Positions 27,708 to 32,000 of a stretch of DNA of 32,000 nucleotides are shown one piece after another. The notes under the pieces are model-generated. The model had not been told where the DNA came from, did not search any database, and worked only from the letters and a program-made list of their open reading frames with translations. The translations under genes were made by a program, and so were the position numbers. Positions within the stretch are counted from its first letter, which is position 1, and every line of letters starts with the position of its first letter. Source of the DNA: Promethearchaeum syntrophicum (GTDB lineage: Archaea > Asgardarchaeota > Lokiarchaeia > Sigyniarchaeales > Promethearchaeaceae); the NCBI RefSeq assembly GCF_008000775.2, contig NZ_CP042905.2:3780001-3812000 (forward strand). Direction: 5' to 3'.

Positions 27708-28172
27708 TCACAGAGTTTCAGGGTTTACTTCAAAAACAACAACCCATCTATTACCCGGATATCTTTCTAAACAAACAATTCCAGAATATTTGAATTTAAT
27801 ATCTGCTTTAGATTCATCTTTGGATATTAAAAAATTGCATAATTTTTGTAGGTGAGGTAAATGTCCTATTAACATAATGTTGTCATCTATATCTGATATT
27901 AAACCAGCCCACAAATGAATTGAATCTAAGGGGTTTAACCCTTTTGCAAATTCCAAACCATCAGAGGGCTCTAAATACTCATTAAAAATTACTGCCGTTT
28001 CTTTTGCCCGTTTTTTTCCGCTATGGTAAATTTTTCGGACTTCAATTGGGATATGTTTCGCAAAATCTGCGATTTTTCTAGTGATAATATATCCTTCCTC
28101 AGTAATGCCTCGCTCTGGATCTTCTTCTTTACTTTTTGCTAGTGCATGTTGAATCAAGAAAAGCTTCATCAT
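27708..28172 (-). CDS. Histidine-phosphatase superfamily protein, SixA-like
   Basis: LFLIQHALAKS (RHG-like), GITEEG, SGKKRAKETA, LIGHLPHL. Start trimmed from 28223 to ATG 28172 (ATG 28169 also possible). Confidence 0.65.
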   Translation of the reverse strand: MMKLFLIQHALAKSKEEDPERGITEEGYIITRKIADFAKHIPIEVRKIYHSGKKRAKETAVIFNEYLEPSDGLEFAKGLNPLDSIHLWAGLISDIDDNIMLIGHLPHLQKLCNFLISKDESKADIKFKYSGIVCLERYPGNRWVVVFEVNPETL

Positions 28173-28228
28173 TTTTAATATATTATGACCATATAGATAA
28201 ATGCTCTTAAAAGCGATATGCACTTTTA

Positions 28229-28771
28229 TTGAGTGATATGGAATTTTTTGGCGAGGAAAAAGCGGAATATTTGAAATTTTTTGATTTCTATAAAAAGAAA
28301 TTCAAGGAAGAAGTTGGCTTAGTCCCCAGTGTATTTGAAAATGATGATTTCGAAGTAGATCTGGTAGTTGGTGAAGATTCTGGGAAAATATACGGAACTC
28401 GTGTTATGCAAATCATCCCTTATGAGAGAGAAGAGGGTGATGAAGATGCAGATGAAGGGAAAGTTGATGTAGATGAGGAAGAAGCTGAGGAAGAAGAGGA
28501 AGAAATCGAAATGATTTGCTATGATTTCGCTAGAACTGAATCACCTTTAACTGCACTCGAAGGAGAACCATACTTTGATTTGAATTTTAAACCAAAAAAG
28601 AAAGGGAAAAAGAAAAAAAAGAAAACCGATGATGATATCTCTCTACCTTTAAAAATTCAAATATATTCAAGGAATGAGAAGGATAAAGTGATTCTTACAG
28701 GAGCTGTTATGATTAATAGCGAAGATCCAGAGGATATTACTGTATTATTGGAAAATGAAGAACTTGGATAG
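28229..28771 (+). CDS. Hypothetical protein with acidic and Lys-rich low-complexity segments
   Basis: 180-aa ORF, TTG start (or ATG 28238); EEEAEEEEEEIE and KKKGKKKKKK tracts with non-repetitive flanks. Confidence 0.55.
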   Translation: MSDMEFFGEEKAEYLKFFDFYKKKFKEEVGLVPSVFENDDFEVDLVVGEDSGKIYGTRVMQIIPYEREEGDEDADEGKVDVDEEEAEEEEEEIEMICYDFARTESPLTALEGEPYFDLNFKPKKKGKKKKKKTDDDISLPLKIQIYSRNEKDKVILTGAVMINSEDPEDITVLLENEELG

Positions 28772-28879
28772 AGCTAATTTGAATTTACCCTAAATATACA
28801 TAGAATTATTTAATTTTATCTCATGATTTATTTCAATAACAAAAGTTTTTTTTTCCTTCCGTTTATTATCTTTTTTATC

Positions 28880-29425
28880 ATGCCCTTTGAAAATTGGAAA
28901 GAAGATCTTGAAATGAATCGTACATCCAAAGATTATTTTTTTGCTCAAAACCTACAAAGTCCAATCCCCATGGATGAAAGGGAAAATTTTGATGGGTTAA
29001 AATACTATCCTCCGGATCCTACATTTTATTTTGAATTAGATTTCCATGAACATGCAAAAAAAGAATCAATTCAAATTCAAGATACTAAAGAGAATATGCG
29101 AACTTTGATAAGATGGGGGAAATTTATATTCAAAATCGATGGCAAAGAATATATACTTCAAGCATATAAAAGCGATCCAAATGAAAAACACTTTTTTGTT
29201 CCGTTCCGCGATGCAACAAGTGGAAAAGAAACCTATGGAGCCGGAAAATATTTGGATCTCGATGAAAAAAACAGTAAAAACGGTATGGGAAAATGGATTT
29301 TGGATTTTAATTTAGCATATAATCCCTTTTGTGCATATAATGAAGATTATGCATGTCCTTTTGTTACTCCAGAAAATTGGTTGAAAGTTCCCATTTTAGC
29401 TGGAGAAAAAAAATATCATGATTAA
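28880..29425 (+). CDS. DUF1684-family protein
   Basis: FVPFRDATSGKETYGAGKYLDL and LDFNLAYNPFCAYNEDYACPFVTPENWLKVPILAGEK match the DUF1684 signature. Confidence 0.7.
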   Translation: MPFENWKEDLEMNRTSKDYFFAQNLQSPIPMDERENFDGLKYYPPDPTFYFELDFHEHAKKESIQIQDTKENMRTLIRWGKFIFKIDGKEYILQAYKSDPNEKHFFVPFRDATSGKETYGAGKYLDLDEKNSKNGMGKWILDFNLAYNPFCAYNEDYACPFVTPENWLKVPILAGEKKYHD

Positions 29426-30189
29426 TTTCTTTTATAAAATGAGAATTGATATAATTTTTTATAGCCAATTTTCTCATAAGTATGCACAGCAGGTGTATTA
29501 TCTGCTCGAACATGAATTAATCCTAATGGCACATGTTTAAATAATTCTTGAACTGCGTAAGAAACTAATACTGTAGCTAAACCTTGGTTTCGAAAATTAG
29601 GATCAGTTGCAACAGTAGATACAATTCCAATTTCATCCCCAATCCAAATTTGAGAAAAGGAAACAATTTGATTTGATCGTTTTATTCCGAACCATTTGTG
29701 AGTTTCACTGAATACCAATTCATTCCCCTTGACCTTACCCCAAAATTCAGGATCTGCTTTTCTAAAAAGAGAAGCAATTTCTTCTCTGTCGGATTCCTCC
29801 AAAATTTCAGGTTCAAGATTATTTGATATCAGATTTTCTCCCGGATAGATAACCATTCGATTTAAAAGAATTTCTTTTTTATTTTCTTTATCTTTTAAAT
29901 TCAAAAATTCTTTATGTGAGTTTAAAACCGTGATATCCATAGTGAGCATATCTACTTGGTTTATCAAGTTCTTTACTGCTTCATCGCTGCCTCGTATTTG
30001 AATGTTCTTCTCTTTATAATTTAGAAGCATTCCCTTTATTTTCTCATCTTCACCAAATGCCATCCAAATTTTTGTTGAGTCTGGATCCTGTTTATAATCC
30101 ATAATAAAAAAGAAATATTCTTCTATACGTTCTCCAACAAAATCCCAAAAAATAGGTTCAGTTGTGGAATCAAGTAGGATGATTTTCAT
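29422..30189 (-). CDS. GNAT-family N-acetyltransferase, copy 1
   Basis: C-terminal VATDPNFRNQGLATVLVSYAVQEL...GLIHVRADNTPAVHTYEKIGYKKL is GNAT motif A/B. Confidence 0.8.
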   Translation of the reverse strand: MKIILLDSTTEPIFWDFVGERIEEYFFFIMDYKQDPDSTKIWMAFGEDEKIKGMLLNYKEKNIQIRGSDEAVKNLINQVDMLTMDITVLNSHKEFLNLKDKENKKEILLNRMVIYPGENLISNNLEPEILEESDREEIASLFRKADPEFWGKVKGNELVFSETHKWFGIKRSNQIVSFSQIWIGDEIGIVSTVATDPNFRNQGLATVLVSYAVQELFKHVPLGLIHVRADNTPAVHTYEKIGYKKLYQFSFYKRN

Positions 30190-30305
30190 ATGAATCTTTA
30201 CAAGTAGTTTTGATTCAAAAAACTTATGAACTTTAAAAATTCATTTTATCAAATTTGATATAATCTGTAATTCTCCTCAAGATGTCAGGTTATCTGTAGG
30301 ATAAG

Positions 30306-31076
30306 TTATTTCTTCGTTTTATATTCAGAATACTGAAATATTTTTTTATATCCGATTTTCTCATAAATATGGACAGCAGGGCTATTTTCTGCGCGAACAT
30401 GAATTAATCCTAAAGTTGTATGTTTAAACAATTCTTGAACAGAACGTGAAACCAGTGATGTGGCTAATCCTTGGTTTTGAAAATCAGGATCCGTGGCCAC
30501 AGTAGGAATTATTCCTATTTCTTCTCCAATCCATATATTTGCAAATGAAACAATTCTATCTTCACGTTTTATACCGAACCATATATGATTTTCATCAAGT
30601 TCCACATCCTTTCCTTGAACATGACTCCAAAATATTGGATCAGCTTTTCTATAAAGAGCAGCGATTTCTTCTCTATCAGATTCATGCAAAATTTCTGATA
30701 CATGTTCATTTATCATTAAATTCTCACCCAAATGAATGACCATTCGATTAATAAGAACTTCTTTTTTGTGTTCTTTATCTGCAGGGCTCAATAATTCTTT
30801 TTGGGTATTTATAACTGTTATTTCAGGAGTTCTAATATCCACATAATCTGCCAATTCCTTTACAGCTTCATTACTCCCACGGATATGAACATTTTTATTT
30901 TTATAATTTAGAAGCATTCCTTGTATTCCCCCAACATCATCAAACGCTATCCAAATTCTTGTTACATTGGGATTCTGTTTATAATCCATAATAAAAAAGA
31001 AATATTCTTCAATACGTTCTTCAACAAACCTCCAAAAAATTGGTTCTATTGTTGAATCAAGTAAGATAATTTTCAT
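30306..31076 (-). CDS. GNAT-family N-acetyltransferase, copy 2 (tandem paralog)
   Basis: Same domain layout and near-gapless similarity to 29422-30189; VATDPDFQNQGLATSLVSRSVQEL. Confidence 0.8.
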   Translation of the reverse strand: MKIILLDSTIEPIFWRFVEERIEEYFFFIMDYKQNPNVTRIWIAFDDVGGIQGMLLNYKNKNVHIRGSNEAVKELADYVDIRTPEITVINTQKELLSPADKEHKKEVLINRMVIHLGENLMINEHVSEILHESDREEIAALYRKADPIFWSHVQGKDVELDENHIWFGIKREDRIVSFANIWIGEEIGIIPTVATDPDFQNQGLATSLVSRSVQELFKHTTLGLIHVRAENSPAVHIYEKIGYKKIFQYSEYKTKK

Positions 31077-31235
31077 ATGGATTTTTAAAAGTTGATTTTA
31101 TTCATAAAATTTTGTGAAGATTCACTGCCCATGATTCGTAGATGATATCACGATGATGAACTTGTATTATTGCATTTCTTTATCCCAAATAATCTTACTT
31201 TTGATAACGATTAATTTTATTAAACGTGAGAAAAA

Positions 31236-31697
31236 ATGAGCGCTTTCAAAGCAGTTTTGGTAGGAGAAGCAGGTGTCGGCAAGTCAACATTATCTCGCAT
31301 GTTGAGATGTAAACCAGTTGCAGCTTTTAGAAGGACACCTACAATTGGTGTAAACATCGAACAGGTTAAAACTGATAACGGCAATATGTGTCTATGGGAT
31401 CTTGGTGGTCAAAGACGTTTTCAATTTATGTGGAATGAATTTATGCGAGGATCAGAATTAACAATTTTAGTAACTGATAGCAGTGCAGCTAATGTTATGA
31501 TGACCAAGGACATAATTGAGCGACATATGAATAATTCAGCCGCAAAGATCATCGCAATTGCAAATAAGCAAGATCTTAAAGGACGAATGAAACCCGATGA
31601 AATCGAGGCAGCATTGGGCGTTCCAACATTTGGAATGGTTGGAATCGAGTCGTCAAATGAAAAGAAATTAAAGAAGATAATTGAAAAGAGTCTTTAG
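31236..31697 (+). CDS. Arf-like small GTPase, compact
   Basis: G1 GEAGVGKST, TPTIGVN, WDLGGQRRF, ANKQDL. Confidence 0.85.
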   Translation: MSAFKAVLVGEAGVGKSTLSRMLRCKPVAAFRRTPTIGVNIEQVKTDNGNMCLWDLGGQRRFQFMWNEFMRGSELTILVTDSSAANVMMTKDIIERHMNNSAAKIIAIANKQDLKGRMKPDEIEAALGVPTFGMVGIESSNEKKLKKIIEKSL

Positions 31698-32000
31698 AAT
31701 TAAAATTTTTTTCTATTTTATTAAATCACAATACTTCTATTCAGTAAATGTCATTCCAAAGCATTATTTCTTTAGAGAAATGGAACCTGTGAGAAATTAT
31801 AATGAATGATTATTGGAAATATTCATACAAAATGGGAATATTTTTTATTAATATATAAATAAATAAAAAAAAATCTTTTTATAATAATTATGCAAAATGT
31901 ATACTAAGGTTTCATTTTCAGTTTTGAACTTGGAATCCTAAGTTATTTAATGGTGAATTAATTGAAAAAAAAAATTTTAGTCGTATTTTTAGTTACTTCT

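Noticed and set aside
24729-30739. Small ORFs 24729-24911, 25005-25295, 25425-25745, 27464-27658 and 30539-30739
   Set aside because: Antisense shadows of the Gfo/Idh/MocA, msrA and GNAT genes.
31766-31781. Small hairpin ATTTCT-TTAG-AGAAAT after the Arf-like gene
   Set aside because: Short AT-rich stem with no following T-run; expected by chance in this composition.
1-32000. CRISPR array, transposon, integrated virus, tRNA or rRNA
   Set aside because: No regularly spaced repeats, transposase, integrase or phage genes, and no stretch with convincing tRNA or rRNA sequence signatures on visual reading; tRNAscan and Infernal would be needed to exclude atypical RNAs.

Overview
Strongly AT-rich window with about 32 supportable genes. 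The mix of archaeal information-processing genes (NurA-family nuclease, 20S proteasome beta subunit, archaeal-type GluRS, RFC small subunit, TruA) with one Rab/Ras-like and one Arf-like small GTPase fits an Asgard (Promethearchaeota-like) archaeal chromosome. That lineage call is inference from gene families, not a phylogeny. The most interesting region is about 13.2-22.6 kb. It holds two tandem paralogs resembling bacterial LpxL/HtrB-type lysophospholipid acyltransferases with an altered catalytic motif, a 7TM-like membrane protein, an LpxH-like metallophosphoesterase, an alpha/beta-hydrolase fused to an acyl-CoA ligase, a PIG-L-type deacetylase and an SDR/epimerase. Together these look like a candidate fatty-acyl/glycolipid modification locus, which is unexpected in a host with presumed isoprenoid lipids. 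The two acyltransferase genes share two upstream sequence blocks at identical spacing from apparent TTG starts. Other notable signals are a perfect 10-bp inverted repeat (1519-1528/1583-1592), an inverted repeat followed by a poly-T tract on the minus strand (about 3151-3218), a triple CTACATA/TATGTAG array next to a TATA-like box (22657-22698), a second tandem duplication (GNAT pair), and motif-level departures in several enzymes. I saw no CRISPR array, transposase, rRNA or convincing tRNA.
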